DNA from: an uncultured Bacteroidota bacterium
GTDB lineage: Bacteria > Bacteroidota > Bacteroidia > Bacteroidales > WCHB1-69
Assembly: GCA_902774175.1 (NCBI GenBank)
Contig: CACYHG010000025.1
Span: 1,141-65,140 of the forward strand
Reading direction: 5' to 3'
DNA length: 64,000 nucleotides
The notes beneath the pieces were generated by a model. That model searched no databases, was not told the DNA's origin, and worked only from the letters and a program-made list of their open reading frames with translations. Position 1 is the stretch's first letter; the number at the start of each line of letters is the position of its first letter. Below are positions 46,012 through 57,553 of this stretch, in pieces. A program made the position numbers and the translations under genes.

Positions 46012-46872
46012 TTATAAGTAAGGTTTCAACCGTTTTATACCGGTTTTACGCAGTTTTTTCAGTGCCTTCTCCTTCATCTGGCGGGCCGCCTCACGGGTGA
46101 GGTTGTATTTCTCACCGATTTCATCCAAGGTGTACTCGTGTGCCATTCCGATTCCAAAGTACATGCAGATCAAATCCCTCTCCTTCGGATCCAGAACCTC
46201 CAACGAATGGTTGATCTCCTTTTCAAGGGATTCCTGCAGCAGAGGCGCGTCGGTATGGCCGCCACCGTCGTTGCTGATGAAGGTGTCGATGAAGAAGGTG
46301 TCGTCCTCATTGTTGATGGGCGCATCCATGGAGAGATGACGGGCGGAAATCTTGATTATTTCACCAATCTTTTCCGGAGTCATGTCTATAACCTCCGAAA
46401 TCTCCTCAATCGTAGGCGGACGGTTGTAAATCTGCTCCAACCGTGAAATCTCCTTCTTGATACGGTTTACTGCACCCAACTGGTTTACAGGCAGTCTCAC
46501 GATGCGCGACTGGTCGGCGATGGCATGGGAAATGGACTGCCGTATCCACCAGACAGCATAGGAGATGAACTTGAATCCTCGGGTTTCGTCAAAACGCTTG
46601 GCCGCCTTTATCAGGCCGAGATTCCCCTCGTTGATCAGGTCCTGAAGACCCAACCCCTGGTTTTGGTATTGTTTTGCCACAGAGACCACAAAACGGAGGT
46701 TTGCCCGTACGAGTTTGTCCAGTGCCTCCTTGTTTCCGGCCTTTATTTGCTGGGCCAGCTCCACCTCTTCATCCGGTCCGATCATCTGTTCCCTGCTGAT
46801 GTCCTGCAGGTATTTCTCGAAGGAGCTGTTGTCCCGGTTTGTAATAGAGTGTGAAATTTTTAATTGCCTCAT
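46012..46872 (-). CDS. rpoD: Primary RNA polymerase sigma factor (sigma-70 family, Bacteroidetes SigA type)
   Basis: 286 aa. Region 2 ([34 protein letters not shown]) and region 4.2 HTH ([25 protein letters not shown]). Confidence 0.9.
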   Translation of the reverse strand: MRQLKISHSITNRDNSSFEKYLQDISREQMIGPDEEVELAQQIKAGNKEALDKLVRANLRFVVSVAKQYQNQGLGLQDLINEGNLGLIKAAKRFDETRGFKFISYAVWWIRQSISHAIADQSRIVRLPVNQLGAVNRIKKEISRLEQIYNRPPTIEEISEVIDMTPEKIGEIIKISARHLSMDAPINNEDDTFFIDTFISNDGGGHTDAPLLQESLEKEINHSLEVLDPKERDLICMYFGIGMAHEYTLDEIGEKYNLTREAARQMKEKALKKLRKTGIKRLKPYL

Positions 46873-46911
46873 AGCGTATCGTTTAGTGAATATCTATTTT
46901 TTATACAATGA

Positions 46912-48048
46912 TTAAAGTGTCAAATTATAATAATGTATGAAACCGCTGTTGGGATAGAACCCTTCCACCAGAACATTCCCCCTTCTGTTACCCAAAATGG
47001 TTTCCAGATCTTCAGGACGGTTTACCGGTTTGCGGTCTACAGAAAGAATCACATACCCGTTCTGGACACCGGCCCTTTTCAGCAGTCCGTCCCCCAATCG
47101 GGTGACCATAAGCCCGTGATCCACCTGAAAGGCCTGTTTCACCTGGGAGGTCAGCGGTTGGAACTCAGCCCCCAACTGTTTCATGACAGGTGTGCCCTGA
47201 GTAACGGATTTTACCCTTCCATATTGTTTAAGCTCCGCAACAACCTTTTTCACCACATTTACAGGAATGGCGAAGGAATAGCCTGCATAGGAGCCGGTAT
47301 TGGAGGCGATGGCCGCATTGATGCCGATCAGTTTCCCCTCCACATTCACAAGCGCTCCGCCGCTATTGCCGCTATTTACAGCCGCATCGGTCTGGATGAA
47401 GGTCTCCACGCGGCTCCCGTTACCCAAAATGTCAAGATTGCGGGCCTTGGCGCTCACGATACCTGCCGTCACGGTGGAATTGAGGTTATAGGGATTACCT
47501 ACAGCCAGCACCCATTCGCCCAGACGGACATCGTCCGAATTGCCGTATTCAATAAAGTCAAGTCCTTTGGCATCTATTTTCAGCAGGGCAAGATCGGTCG
47601 CCTCATCTGTGCCTATGATCCGAGCCTCGAATTTCCGCTGGTCGTTAAGCGTCACGGTCACCTTTTGCGCCTCCGCCACCACGTGGTTGTTGGTCACGAT
47701 ATATCCGTCCTCGGAGAGGATGACGCCGGAACCGTATGCCTGATATACCTGTGGCTGTGCCTGAAAATTGAAGAAATTGAAGAACGGGTCAGAAAAAAAG
47801 TTGTCCCACATGCTGTTCTTCTGCAGCATTTCGGAATTAATGTGCACAACAGTGTTCACGGTGTGCTCGGCCGCCGGAGTCAGGTCGACCAGGGCCGGTC
47901 CGCCCGGACGTTGTTCGCGCTGTGCGCAGGCGGTTCCGATTGTGGAAAGAAAAACGCAAAGCAGCACCACCGCTGTGTGGCTGGCACGATTCTGCCCAAT
48001 ATTAACAAACCCTTTCTTCATATCCGTTGTCATTTGCTCTTTTCGCAT
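46912..48048 (-). CDS. S1C trypsin-like serine protease with one PDZ domain (HtrA/DegP-like)
   Basis: Catalytic triad context TNNHVV, DLALLKI and GNSGGALVN, with a C-terminal PDZ-like region. 378 aa with a signal/anchor. Confidence 0.8.
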   Translation of the reverse strand: MRKEQMTTDMKKGFVNIGQNRASHTAVVLLCVFLSTIGTACAQREQRPGGPALVDLTPAAEHTVNTVVHINSEMLQKNSMWDNFFSDPFFNFFNFQAQPQVYQAYGSGVILSEDGYIVTNNHVVAEAQKVTVTLNDQRKFEARIIGTDEATDLALLKIDAKGLDFIEYGNSDDVRLGEWVLAVGNPYNLNSTVTAGIVSAKARNLDILGNGSRVETFIQTDAAVNSGNSGGALVNVEGKLIGINAAIASNTGSYAGYSFAIPVNVVKKVVAELKQYGRVKSVTQGTPVMKQLGAEFQPLTSQVKQAFQVDHGLMVTRLGDGLLKRAGVQNGYVILSVDRKPVNRPEDLETILGNRRGNVLVEGFYPNSGFIHYYNLTL

Positions 48049-48090
48049 GTTGTCATGTACGTTTTTTTTGGCACTAAGTTCACTTTTTTT

Positions 48091-50169
48091 CTAATAATTT
48101 CCACTCCATTTTCGCAGAAACCACTCCCCGCCCAACAAAAGGACAAGAAGAGCCCACGCTCCGACGTGGTCAAGCAGCGGATGCCGCCTTTTGCTGTAGC
48201 GGGCGACAGGCCTGATACGGTCGTTTGAGCGCAGCAGTTTTTCAATATTACCGAGGGATGCAGGATATATCATCTCCCCACCGTTGATGGAGGCCAGATT
48301 CAACAGCAGCTGATGGTTGGCTGTGAGGTTCACCGCCTCCGTCCGGACGGCCTGAACATAAAAACTGCCGCTCCTGCGCATCGTTGTCCCCTGCCAGTCA
48401 ACGGAGGCGCTCCATTGGTACTCCCCTTCCGGCAGACGTCCCAATTCCAACCGGTAGGCCTGCAAAGTGCGTGAAAAGAGGTACTCGTGCCTGCCGCCGT
48501 CGGAAGCGGAAACCACCTCCAGGCGGACATCCGGACGGTTGTTCAGGGCGTAGTTCTTGTCATACACTTCCGCATCAAGGCGCACCTCCTCGTTTTCGCC
48601 ATACACATCCTTCCCCTTGACACGGAAGAGGCTCTGGTCCTCCCTCGTGACAAGATATTGGAAGACCTGACCAATAAAATGGTCGAACGCAAGATGGTTG
48701 CCTTCGTGCAAATAATTGTGGATGCGCCAGCGCCACCAGCCTTCACCCAGAAAAAGCGCCATTTTCCCCTGCGGACTGTCGTGAAGGAAGAAAAGCGGAT
48801 AGCGGGTGGGCACATGGTTGATCCGCTGATACAGGCATACGCTGGCGGCAGCGGAGAGCGTATAGGTTCCGAACGGCAGCTGCAGCGGCGGAAAGTCCGG
48901 AAGCATCCTTACAAAATCGTTGGAAAGTGCGAAATCGGCGAAATCGGCGTTAAGCACCGCATAGGCGTCATTTTTCATCTCCTTGTCGCGGGCGATCTGC
49001 AGGCCGCATCCGGCAGGCAGACGCACAACGCCTCCGGAAAGGTCTCCGGGGAAGAACATCAGGCCGGCCCCGCTTTTTGAGGCCTGTTGCAGCACCTGCT
49101 CCATAGGCTGGCCGGCGGTCGGAATCTGGTGCAGGATGTACATCGCATACGGCTGCGCACCCGGCTTGAACTTTTCAACGGGAAAACTCTCCACCTCATA
49201 GAGAGGGTTGTCCCTCACCGCCTCAACTATTGCGGCCACATCCGGATGCGGTGCGCGGTAGATCACCGCCACCTTGTGCCTTTCGTCGATAACCCTGACC
49301 ATAACATCCCCACTATTGTTCGCCAAAGTGTATTCGCCCTCCACCTCGGAAAGCCGTATGCGGTAATGGAGATGGCCTGTCTTTGTGGCCTCAGTATTGA
49401 ACCTCACCCATTCGGAATAATCGTTGCGGCTGATCGGCAAATCTTTCTCAAAAATGACCTTGTCCCCTTCCAAAATCTGCAGATGTGTCTGTCTGCCCTT
49501 GAGCCTGCTGGCCTGCACCAGTATCTCGATAGGAAAATAATTGTGCAGATGCACACTGCGGTTACATCGTATCTTGGCGATTCGCAGGTCGCAAACCTCC
49601 GTCGTGTCCCCCAATGCGACAGTATATATGGGATATTTCAGACGTCCGGCCGCATGAAGCGGGTCCTCGCCCTCAGTACAGATGCCATCGCTTAGGCAAA
49701 CAACCGCCCCGACATTCCTGTGCAGATAGCGCTGTTCCATCTGGGAGAAGAAACGTGACAGGTTGGTGGCCTTCTCCGAAAAATCGGGAGTGCCGCCACG
49801 TCGGACAGAATCCCCAATAAGGAAGCATTCCACATCGTAGTCCTTGGCAAGCCTTCCGGTAAGCCGTTCCAACTGGGCAGGGTATTCGTTACGGTAGTAT
49901 GCGGAATCCTTTGTAAGAGCAACGGATTCGGAATTGTCAATACCGAAAAGCAGCAACGGCTTCTCAACCTCCTTGCCACGGCCCACAACCACAGGACGCA
50001 GCAGAAGGAAGCAAAGCAGCGAAACGGCAAGCATCCTTGACAGGAAAAGCATCCGCCTGACCCTTACGGTATAGGCATAGCCATGCCTGCTCCCATAAAG
50101 CAGGAAGGCATAGGCCGTTCCAACAGCCAGACACAACGGAATGAACCACAAAGAATAGGTACTGCTCAC
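48091..50169 (-). CDS. Large membrane-anchored hypothetical protein (BatA-like N-terminal double-TM segment)
   Basis: 692 aa. Two N-terminal TM helices and one C-terminal TM helix. No catalytic motif recognised. Confidence 0.5.
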   Translation of the reverse strand: MSSTYSLWFIPLCLAVGTAYAFLLYGSRHGYAYTVRVRRMLFLSRMLAVSLLCFLLLRPVVVGRGKEVEKPLLLFGIDNSESVALTKDSAYYRNEYPAQLERLTGRLAKDYDVECFLIGDSVRRGGTPDFSEKATNLSRFFSQMEQRYLHRNVGAVVCLSDGICTEGEDPLHAAGRLKYPIYTVALGDTTEVCDLRIAKIRCNRSVHLHNYFPIEILVQASRLKGRQTHLQILEGDKVIFEKDLPISRNDYSEWVRFNTEATKTGHLHYRIRLSEVEGEYTLANNSGDVMVRVIDERHKVAVIYRAPHPDVAAIVEAVRDNPLYEVESFPVEKFKPGAQPYAMYILHQIPTAGQPMEQVLQQASKSGAGLMFFPGDLSGGVVRLPAGCGLQIARDKEMKNDAYAVLNADFADFALSNDFVRMLPDFPPLQLPFGTYTLSAAASVCLYQRINHVPTRYPLFFLHDSPQGKMALFLGEGWWRWRIHNYLHEGNHLAFDHFIGQVFQYLVTREDQSLFRVKGKDVYGENEEVRLDAEVYDKNYALNNRPDVRLEVVSASDGGRHEYLFSRTLQAYRLELGRLPEGEYQWSASVDWQGTTMRRSGSFYVQAVRTEAVNLTANHQLLLNLASINGGEMIYPASLGNIEKLLRSNDRIRPVARYSKRRHPLLDHVGAWALLVLLLGGEWFLRKWSGNY

Positions 50170-50230
50170 GTTACAATAGTCATTTTTGGACTAATAAAAC
50201 GTGGAATCGGGGAAATATTGCGCTAATATG

Positions 50231-50277
50231 AAAAAAAAATAAAAAAAAGAGGGTGTCCCTAAAAATGAGTCACCCTC
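50231..50277 (-). terminator. Rho-independent terminator of eno
   Basis: Stem GAGGGTG / CACCCTC with a 15-nt loop, followed on the minus strand by a long T-run (plus-strand A-run at 50231-50248). Confidence 0.7.
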
Positions 50278-50299
50278 CACATGATAAATTCATTTTCCT

Positions 50300-51604
<1,305 letters not shown>

Positions 51605-51696
51605 TTATAATTACAATTTAAATCTTCTTTTTTTATTTTCTGGTTTCTATTTTTTTGAATCCGGGTTAGGATAACGGGACGATGTGCACATCGTCC

Positions 51697-52566
51697 CTAC
51701 AATAATAATTTGGCAAGGCAGCGTTGCAGGGCATCCTCCCAATGCGGAATTTCAATCTGCAGTTCCTCCTTTATTTTACGTTTGTCCAGCACACTGTAAG
51801 GCGGACGTGTCACAGGTGTGGGATATTCCGAGGATACAATTGGCAGCACCTTGCAGCTTTCCGACACCGATGCAATGATCCGTCGGGCGAAATCGTACCA
51901 GCTGCAAACACCCTCATTCGTGAAATGATACACCTGAACATCATTGATTTCCGTCGCCTTTGCGGCAAAACGCATAATCACATCTGCCAGATCCGCCGCA
52001 TAGGTGGGCGTGCCGATCTGGTCAAAAACGACCTTCACGACCGGACGCTCCTGCCCCAGACGCAGCATAGTCTTCACAAAATTGTTTCCGAATGAGGAAT
52101 AGAGCCACGCCGTGCGGATAAGCACAGCACGTCCCGCATGATTCAGCAGAGCCTCCTCTCCCGCCCTCTTTGTACGACCGTAGACTGAAACCGGATTGCA
52201 TGGGTCGGTTTCAAGGTATGGCCGGCAGGAGGTGCCGTCAAAAACATAGTCGGTTGAAATGTGGAGCGGCAGAAAACCGTATTCGCTTGAAAGCCTGGCG
52301 ATATTCTCCACCGCAAAATGATTGACAGCCTCCGCAACAGCAGGTTCGCTCTCCGCCTTGTCCACCGCCGTGTAGGCGGCGCAGTTCACGACCACATCAG
52401 GACGTACCGCCTCAAAATGTAAGCGAAGGCTTTCCAGAGAGGTTATGTCCACATCAGGCAGATCTGAAAATGTAAAGTCAAATCCGGTGTGAAGTGTGGA
52501 GAGACAGCGCATTTCACTGCCTAATTGGCCGTTTGCCCCCAGAATGTCAATCCGTACCCTTTTCAT
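51697..52566 (-). CDS. rfbD: dTDP-4-dehydrorhamnose reductase
   Basis: ILGANGQLG Rossmann motif, NCAAYTAVDKAE, STDYVFDG. 289 aa. Confidence 0.85.
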   Translation of the reverse strand: MKRVRIDILGANGQLGSEMRCLSTLHTGFDFTFSDLPDVDITSLESLRLHFEAVRPDVVVNCAAYTAVDKAESEPAVAEAVNHFAVENIARLSSEYGFLPLHISTDYVFDGTSCRPYLETDPCNPVSVYGRTKRAGEEALLNHAGRAVLIRTAWLYSSFGNNFVKTMLRLGQERPVVKVVFDQIGTPTYAADLADVIMRFAAKATEINDVQVYHFTNEGVCSWYDFARRIIASVSESCKVLPIVSSEYPTPVTRPPYSVLDKRKIKEELQIEIPHWEDALQRCLAKLLL

Positions 52567-52588
52567 GCCTATGAATTATTCAAACTTG

Positions 52589-52596
52589 CAAAAGTA
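52589..52596 (-). promoter_or_regulatory. -7 promoter box (TACTTTTG on minus strand) for rfbD
   Basis: Plus-strand CAAAAGTA, 23 nt upstream of the ATG at 52566. Confidence 0.45.
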
Positions 52597-52644
52597 CAAA
52601 AAAATGAAAAATAATTTGAAGATTTGCCTGAAAAAAAATGAAAA

Positions 52645-53622
52645 TTATTTTTGGGTATCGGTTGAAAGGAACGGTGACAAATCAATGCGGTGGAAACGTG
52701 CGGGTGTTGAAAATCCGCCGTGCCTGAACGACTCGTTCGTAAGGATGTATCTGAAGCCCTCCTCCCTTACCACAGCCTCAACCTGATGGAACGGAAGCTG
52801 GAGAGAGATTTTCCGCCTGTTCCCGGAAAAAAAGTTGTTCCCTTCATAGTCATAGAGCAACAGCAGGAACGGCTGGAGCAATTGGGAGTATCCGCACAGC
52901 ACCACCACCCTGTGCTCCTCATCGATGTCGGCACCGGTGACCAGCCCTCCGACCGCATAGGTGTCCACCAGCCTGGCATCGTAACGCCCCGGCATCTTTG
53001 GCAGCGCGTACAAGGCTGTCTGCAGGGAGGCCCACTGTTTTGTGAAAAGGTATAGGCTGTCCCCTGAGGCAACCATTGCCTCGCAGTCCCAGTCGGTACT
53101 GTTTGCGGCCGCAGGGGTGGAATCGTTATGCTCCGGATAGCTGAACCGGATAGTGTCAACATGCGGCAGGGAATCATTCAGGGATGATTTCAGTATGCGC
53201 AGGATATGCAGGTCATTACGGTTGCCGGAGACATTGTTGCCAAAATCGCCCAAATAGATGTACAGGCTGTCAGTGGCGGCATCCTCCATGTCTCTGAACC
53301 GTATGCCTGGCAATGCTATCTCCCCTGCAATATGCGCATCGGACGTATCCAGACGATACAGAATCCCTTCGCGATGGTCGTTGTGGGTGTAAAAACCGCT
53401 GTCAATGCGGAGCAATCCGGAACTGCCTCCGACGACAGGCGGCAGTTCAGCAGTGAAAAACGGCGACACGGATGCCTTGGAATATCGGCAGCTGCCATCG
53501 TTAATCTCCGCCTCGGAATTGTAGTTCCGCGCCCTCGGATCGGTGCAGCCCGCAACCTGCGCCCGCAATGTGGAGCATACGGCCAATGTCAAGCATAAAC
53601 AGAGGGCCGGCAGATGTTTCAT
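52645..53622 (-). CDS. Hypothetical secreted protein
   Basis: 325 aa. Signal peptide. N-terminal Cys-containing GCTDPRARNYNSEAEINDGSC motif. No family recognised. Starts 2 nt after the fabD stop. Confidence 0.5.
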   Translation of the reverse strand: MKHLPALCLCLTLAVCSTLRAQVAGCTDPRARNYNSEAEINDGSCRYSKASVSPFFTAELPPVVGGSSGLLRIDSGFYTHNDHREGILYRLDTSDAHIAGEIALPGIRFRDMEDAATDSLYIYLGDFGNNVSGNRNDLHILRILKSSLNDSLPHVDTIRFSYPEHNDSTPAAANSTDWDCEAMVASGDSLYLFTKQWASLQTALYALPKMPGRYDARLVDTYAVGGLVTGADIDEEHRVVVLCGYSQLLQPFLLLLYDYEGNNFFSGNRRKISLQLPFHQVEAVVREEGFRYILTNESFRHGGFSTPARFHRIDLSPFLSTDTQK

Positions 53623-53624
53623 GG

Positions 53625-54506
53625 CTATTCCATGCCGGAGACTGTAACCTCCGGTGCAATCTTACCGACCAGCCCCTGCAGGACACTGCCGGGACCGAGT
53701 TCGACAAAGGCCTCAGCCCCATCGGCGACCATGGCCTTCACGCTCTGTGTCCAAAGGACCGGGGCGGTCAGCTGCGCCTTGAGGTTTTTCCTGATTTCAT
53801 CGATGTCGGTGGTCGGACGCGCGGTGTAATTCTGGTAAATCGGACAGATTGGGGTTTGCAGCGTGGCACGGTCGACCGCCTCGGCCAACTCGGCACGCGC
53901 CGGTTCCATAAAGCGCGAATGGAATGCCCCGCTGACCTTCAGCGGCAGCACACGCTTGGCTCCGGCCTCCTTCATCCGGACAGTCGCCTCCTCAATGCCG
54001 CGTCTGGAGCCGGAAATGGCCACCTGGCCCGGACAGTTGAAGTTGGCCGGCAGAACCTGTTCGGTAATCTCCAGACATATTTCGTTTACCTTTTCATCGG
54101 GGAGACCCAGCACCACAGCCATGGTGGATTCCTGCAGCTCGCAGGCCTTCTGCATGGCGGTGGCCCGTTGCGCGACAAGTCGGAGCCCCTCTTCAAATGA
54201 GAGGCAGCGGTTGGCAACAAGTGCCGAAAATTCGCCCAACGAATGGCCTGCAACCATATCCGGATGGAAATCCTTCACCCCATACAATGCCAAAGCGGTG
54301 GAATGCAGGAAAATGGAAGGCTGGGTCACCTTCGTCTGCTTCAACTCCTCCTCAGTACCCGAAAACATGATGTCGGTGATGCGGAAGCCCAAAATCTCAT
54401 TGGCCTGTTCAAAAAGCCTCTTTACTTCGTCCTTTTCTTCATAAAGTCCCCTTGCCATGCCCACATGCTGTGCGCCCTGACCAGGAAACAGGTATGCTGT
54501 TTTCAT
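53625..54506 (-). CDS. fabD: ACP S-malonyltransferase
   Basis: FPGQGAQHVGM and active-site GHSLGEFSA. 293 aa. Confidence 0.9.
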   Translation of the reverse strand: MKTAYLFPGQGAQHVGMARGLYEEKDEVKRLFEQANEILGFRITDIMFSGTEEELKQTKVTQPSIFLHSTALALYGVKDFHPDMVAGHSLGEFSALVANRCLSFEEGLRLVAQRATAMQKACELQESTMAVVLGLPDEKVNEICLEITEQVLPANFNCPGQVAISGSRRGIEEATVRMKEAGAKRVLPLKVSGAFHSRFMEPARAELAEAVDRATLQTPICPIYQNYTARPTTDIDEIRKNLKAQLTAPVLWTQSVKAMVADGAEAFVELGPGSVLQGLVGKIAPEVTVSGME

Positions 54507-54595
54507 ACATTCATATTAAATAACGGCAGGTTTTATTTTAAGACCGGAAAACAGAGGGAACACTGCCCGAACCACCGTATTTCCAAACAAGTGTG

Positions 54596-55990
54596 CTAAA
54601 CGTGCACGGCTTTGCCATAGGCGGCCTCAACCGCCTCTTTCACCGCTTCCGACATTGTCGGGTGCGGATGGACGGCATTGAGCAGCTGTTCGGCGGTCAT
54701 TTTCGCCTTACGTGCAACCACAGCCTCCGTAATCATCTCCGTGACGTTGTCCCCTATCAGGTGGCAGCCAAGCAGCAGATCGGTCTTGGCGTCAAAAATC
54801 ACCTTGACCATGCCGTCGCGGTTGCCGGCGGCGGTTGCCTTTCCGGATGCTGTGAAGGGGAAACGGCCCACTTTGATTTCATAACCGGCCTCAAGAGCCT
54901 TCTGCTCGTTCAGTCCGACGGAAGCCACCTCAGGTGTGGTGTAGGTGCAGCCCGGAATATTGCCGTAATCGATCGGTTCGGGATTGTGTCCGGCGATTTT
55001 CTCCACACATATCTGTGCCTCCTGCGACGCCACATGGGCGAGTGCGGGACCGTGAACGATGTCGCCGATGGCATATACGCCCTCCACATTGGTGCGGTAG
55101 TAGTCATCCACAACCACCTTGCCTCTTTCCACCTGGATGCCCAAAGCCTCCAAGCCGAGATTTTCGAGGTTGGTCTGCACACCGACGGCAGAAAGCACTA
55201 TGTCAGCGTCAATCAGTATCTCCTTGCCCTTCTTGTCCTTCACATGCACATGGCAGCCGTTGTCGTTAACATCAACCGTCTCAACATTGGCCTCGGTCAT
55301 CACCTTCATGCCCTGCTTGCGGAAGGCGCGGTCCAGCAGTTTGGCTATCTCCTCGTCCTCCACCGGCAGGATGTGCGGCAGCAGCTCAATCAGCGTTGTC
55401 TGCACACCGAGACTGTTGTAGAAAAAGGCAAGTTCGCTGCCGATGGCACCGCTGCCGACCACCACCATCGACTGGGGCAGTTCGGGAAGCGTCAGTGCCT
55501 CACGGTAGCCGATTATCCTCTTGCCGTCCTGCGGCAGGTTGGGCAGTACGCGCGAACGGGCGCCTGTGGCCAAAATGATGTGTTTGGCCTCGTGCTGTTC
55601 CACAGCGCCATCCGCACCGGTCACCTCAACAATATGGTTGCCAGCCAGCTTGCCGTTGCCGGCAATGACTTCAACCTGGTTTTTCTTGAAGAGGTACTGG
55701 ATGCCCTTGCTCATGGTCTCAGCCACACCGCGGCTGCGCTGCACCATGGCCGGAAAATCGGGAGCCACCTCCCCTTCCAGCTTCACACCATAGGCGGCGG
55801 CATGTTTCATGTAATTGTAAACCTGCGCCGATTTCATCAGCGCCTTGGTGGGGATGCAACCCCAGTTAAGGCAGATGCCGCCAAGTTCGGCACGCTCCAC
55901 CACAGCAGTCTTCATTCCGGACTGTGCAGCCTTGATGGCAGCGACATATCCGCCGGGACCGCTGCCGATTACTATCAGATCGTATTGCAT
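54596..55990 (-). CDS. lpdA: Dihydrolipoyl dehydrogenase
   Basis: The start is trimmed to MQYDLIVIGSGPGGYVAA (ATG at 55990; the track ORF extends to 56038). Redox-active GGICLNWGCIPTK. C-terminal HPHPTMSE. Confidence 0.9.
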   Translation of the reverse strand: MQYDLIVIGSGPGGYVAAIKAAQSGMKTAVVERAELGGICLNWGCIPTKALMKSAQVYNYMKHAAAYGVKLEGEVAPDFPAMVQRSRGVAETMSKGIQYLFKKNQVEVIAGNGKLAGNHIVEVTGADGAVEQHEAKHIILATGARSRVLPNLPQDGKRIIGYREALTLPELPQSMVVVGSGAIGSELAFFYNSLGVQTTLIELLPHILPVEDEEIAKLLDRAFRKQGMKVMTEANVETVDVNDNGCHVHVKDKKGKEILIDADIVLSAVGVQTNLENLGLEALGIQVERGKVVVDDYYRTNVEGVYAIGDIVHGPALAHVASQEAQICVEKIAGHNPEPIDYGNIPGCTYTTPEVASVGLNEQKALEAGYEIKVGRFPFTASGKATAAGNRDGMVKVIFDAKTDLLLGCHLIGDNVTEMITEAVVARKAKMTAEQLLNAVHPHPTMSEAVKEAVEAAYGKAVHV

Positions 55991-56055
55991 AGCTCTTCTT
56001 TCAAAGGCGAAGAGCGCGCAATGCACGCCCTTCGCCATATATATAACAAAAGTAA

Positions 56056-57042
56056 TTACAAATCAATGATGTCGCACCAGCCGAAAACATCCTCAGCCTC
56101 GCCATACTGGATCTGCTGCAATGCAGTATAGAGCTTCTTGCACCATGGGCCGGGCTGACCGTCCTTGGAGATGACATAGGACTTGTTGTTCTCAGGATCG
56201 TCAATCCTCTGGATTGGGCTGATTACCGCGGCAGTACCGCAGGCACCGGCCTCTTCGAAGGTCTCCAGCTCCTCAATCGGGATGGGACGGCGTTCGGTCT
56301 TCATGCCGAGATGTTCAGCCAACTGCATCAGAGACTTGTTGGTGATTGAGGGCAGAATGGACGTAGATTGCGGAGTGATATAGGTGTTATTCTTGATACC
56401 GAAGAAGTTGGCAGCGCCAGCCTCGTCAATATAGTGTTTCTCCTTTGCATCCAGATAGAACTCGCAGGCATACTCGCCGCCGTGGCAGGCTTCGGTATGT
56501 GCGCGCATGCTGGCCGCATAGTTGCCGCCCACCTTGTAGATGCCGGTTCCGAGCGGTGCGGAACGGTCATACTTGCGGGTGATCACATACGGATTGGCAG
56601 TGAAACCGCCTTTGAAGTAAGGACCCACCGGAGTCACAAAAATGACAAAAAGATACTCGTTGGCCGGCTTGACACCCACCTGCGCTCCAGTTCCGATCAG
56701 CAGCGGACGGAGATAGAGGGAGGCACCTGTGCCATAAGGGGGAATATAGTCCTTGTTCAGCCGGATGACCATTTCAACCGCCTTACGGAAAAGTTCAAGC
56801 GGGAATTCGGCCATCATAATGCCGTGTGATGTGGAGGCGAGACGTTTGGCGTTCTCGTCCATGCGGAAGACACGCACTTTGCCGTCCTTGCCGCGGAAAG
56901 CCTTAAGACCCTCAAAACCCTCCTGTCCGTAATGAAGGCAGGTGGCGGCCATGTGGATGGGAATCTCCTCGGAGGATGTCACCTCCAATTCGCCCCACTT
57001 CCCGTCACGGTAGTAGCATCTCACATTGTAATCTTTTTCCAA
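56056..57042 (-). CDS. ilvE: Branched-chain amino acid aminotransferase (class IV)
   Basis: HYGQEGFEGLKAFR, YLRPLLIG, and a PLP-fold IV pattern. 328 aa. Confidence 0.85.
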   Translation of the reverse strand: MEKDYNVRCYYRDGKWGELEVTSSEEIPIHMAATCLHYGQEGFEGLKAFRGKDGKVRVFRMDENAKRLASTSHGIMMAEFPLELFRKAVEMVIRLNKDYIPPYGTGASLYLRPLLIGTGAQVGVKPANEYLFVIFVTPVGPYFKGGFTANPYVITRKYDRSAPLGTGIYKVGGNYAASMRAHTEACHGGEYACEFYLDAKEKHYIDEAGAANFFGIKNNTYITPQSTSILPSITNKSLMQLAEHLGMKTERRPIPIEELETFEEAGACGTAAVISPIQRIDDPENNKSYVISKDGQPGPWCKKLYTALQQIQYGEAEDVFGWCDIIDL

Positions 57043-57091
57043 TCGATGTTCATGATTATTTTTTTTTATTGATTATTATTTAATTATCTAT

Positions 57092-57553
57092 TTAATGTAT
57101 ATCACATTCCTCTGTCCGTATCAGCACGCCGGTGGAATCATAGAATTTCCAGATGCCCACACGCCTGCCATGCTCATATTCGCCGCTGTAGAACAGCCTT
57201 CCGTTCGGATGCCACACCTTGTATGTGCCATGCCACTGGCCGTCACGGTAAGTACCCTCACTGTTCTTGTTGCCGTTCTCATACCAGCTGACCCAAACGC
57301 CGTCCGGCTCACCGGATTCATTATAGTTTTTCTCGATATATTTCTTCTGCCCGGGAAAATAATGGATCTCCTTGTGGAGCACCGAACTGTCGTTGACGGT
57401 GATATATTCCCTTACGACCCGTGGCCGGTTGTCAGCATACCGGCTCACAACCCGCTGCTCGACCTCCTGCCTACAGGAGACTGAGATGCAGCAAAGAAGC
57501 GCACACAAACCGCCAAACCACCGCCTATTCATGCTTTCCGTTGGTTTTTTCAT
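57092..57553 (-). CDS. MORN-repeat-variant (YwqK-like) lipoprotein
   Basis: Repeats WYENGNKNSEGTYRDGQWHGTYKVWHPNGRLFYSGEYEHGRRVGIWKFY. Lipoprotein-type signal (CCISVSC). Confidence 0.7.
   Translation of the reverse strand: MKKPTESMNRRWFGGLCALLCCISVSCRQEVEQRVVSRYADNRPRVVREYITVNDSSVLHKEIHYFPGQKKYIEKNYNESGEPDGVWVSWYENGNKNSEGTYRDGQWHGTYKVWHPNGRLFYSGEYEHGRRVGIWKFYDSTGVLIRTEECDIH

Noticed and set aside
54593-56131. Very long ORFs antisense to recognised genes. Examples: 54593-56131 (512 aa) opposite lpd, 46933-48228 (431 aa) opposite the HtrA-like gene, 40471-41568 opposite sbcD, 24917-26122 opposite hmuR, 22917-23873 opposite hmuS, 34460-35434, 35914-36858, 14277-15038 and 38977-39717.
   Set aside because: In each case the opposite strand encodes a protein with clear family motifs. 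The antisense translations are R/H/G/A/V-rich low-complexity strings, as expected for stop-poor antisense frames of GC-rich coding DNA.
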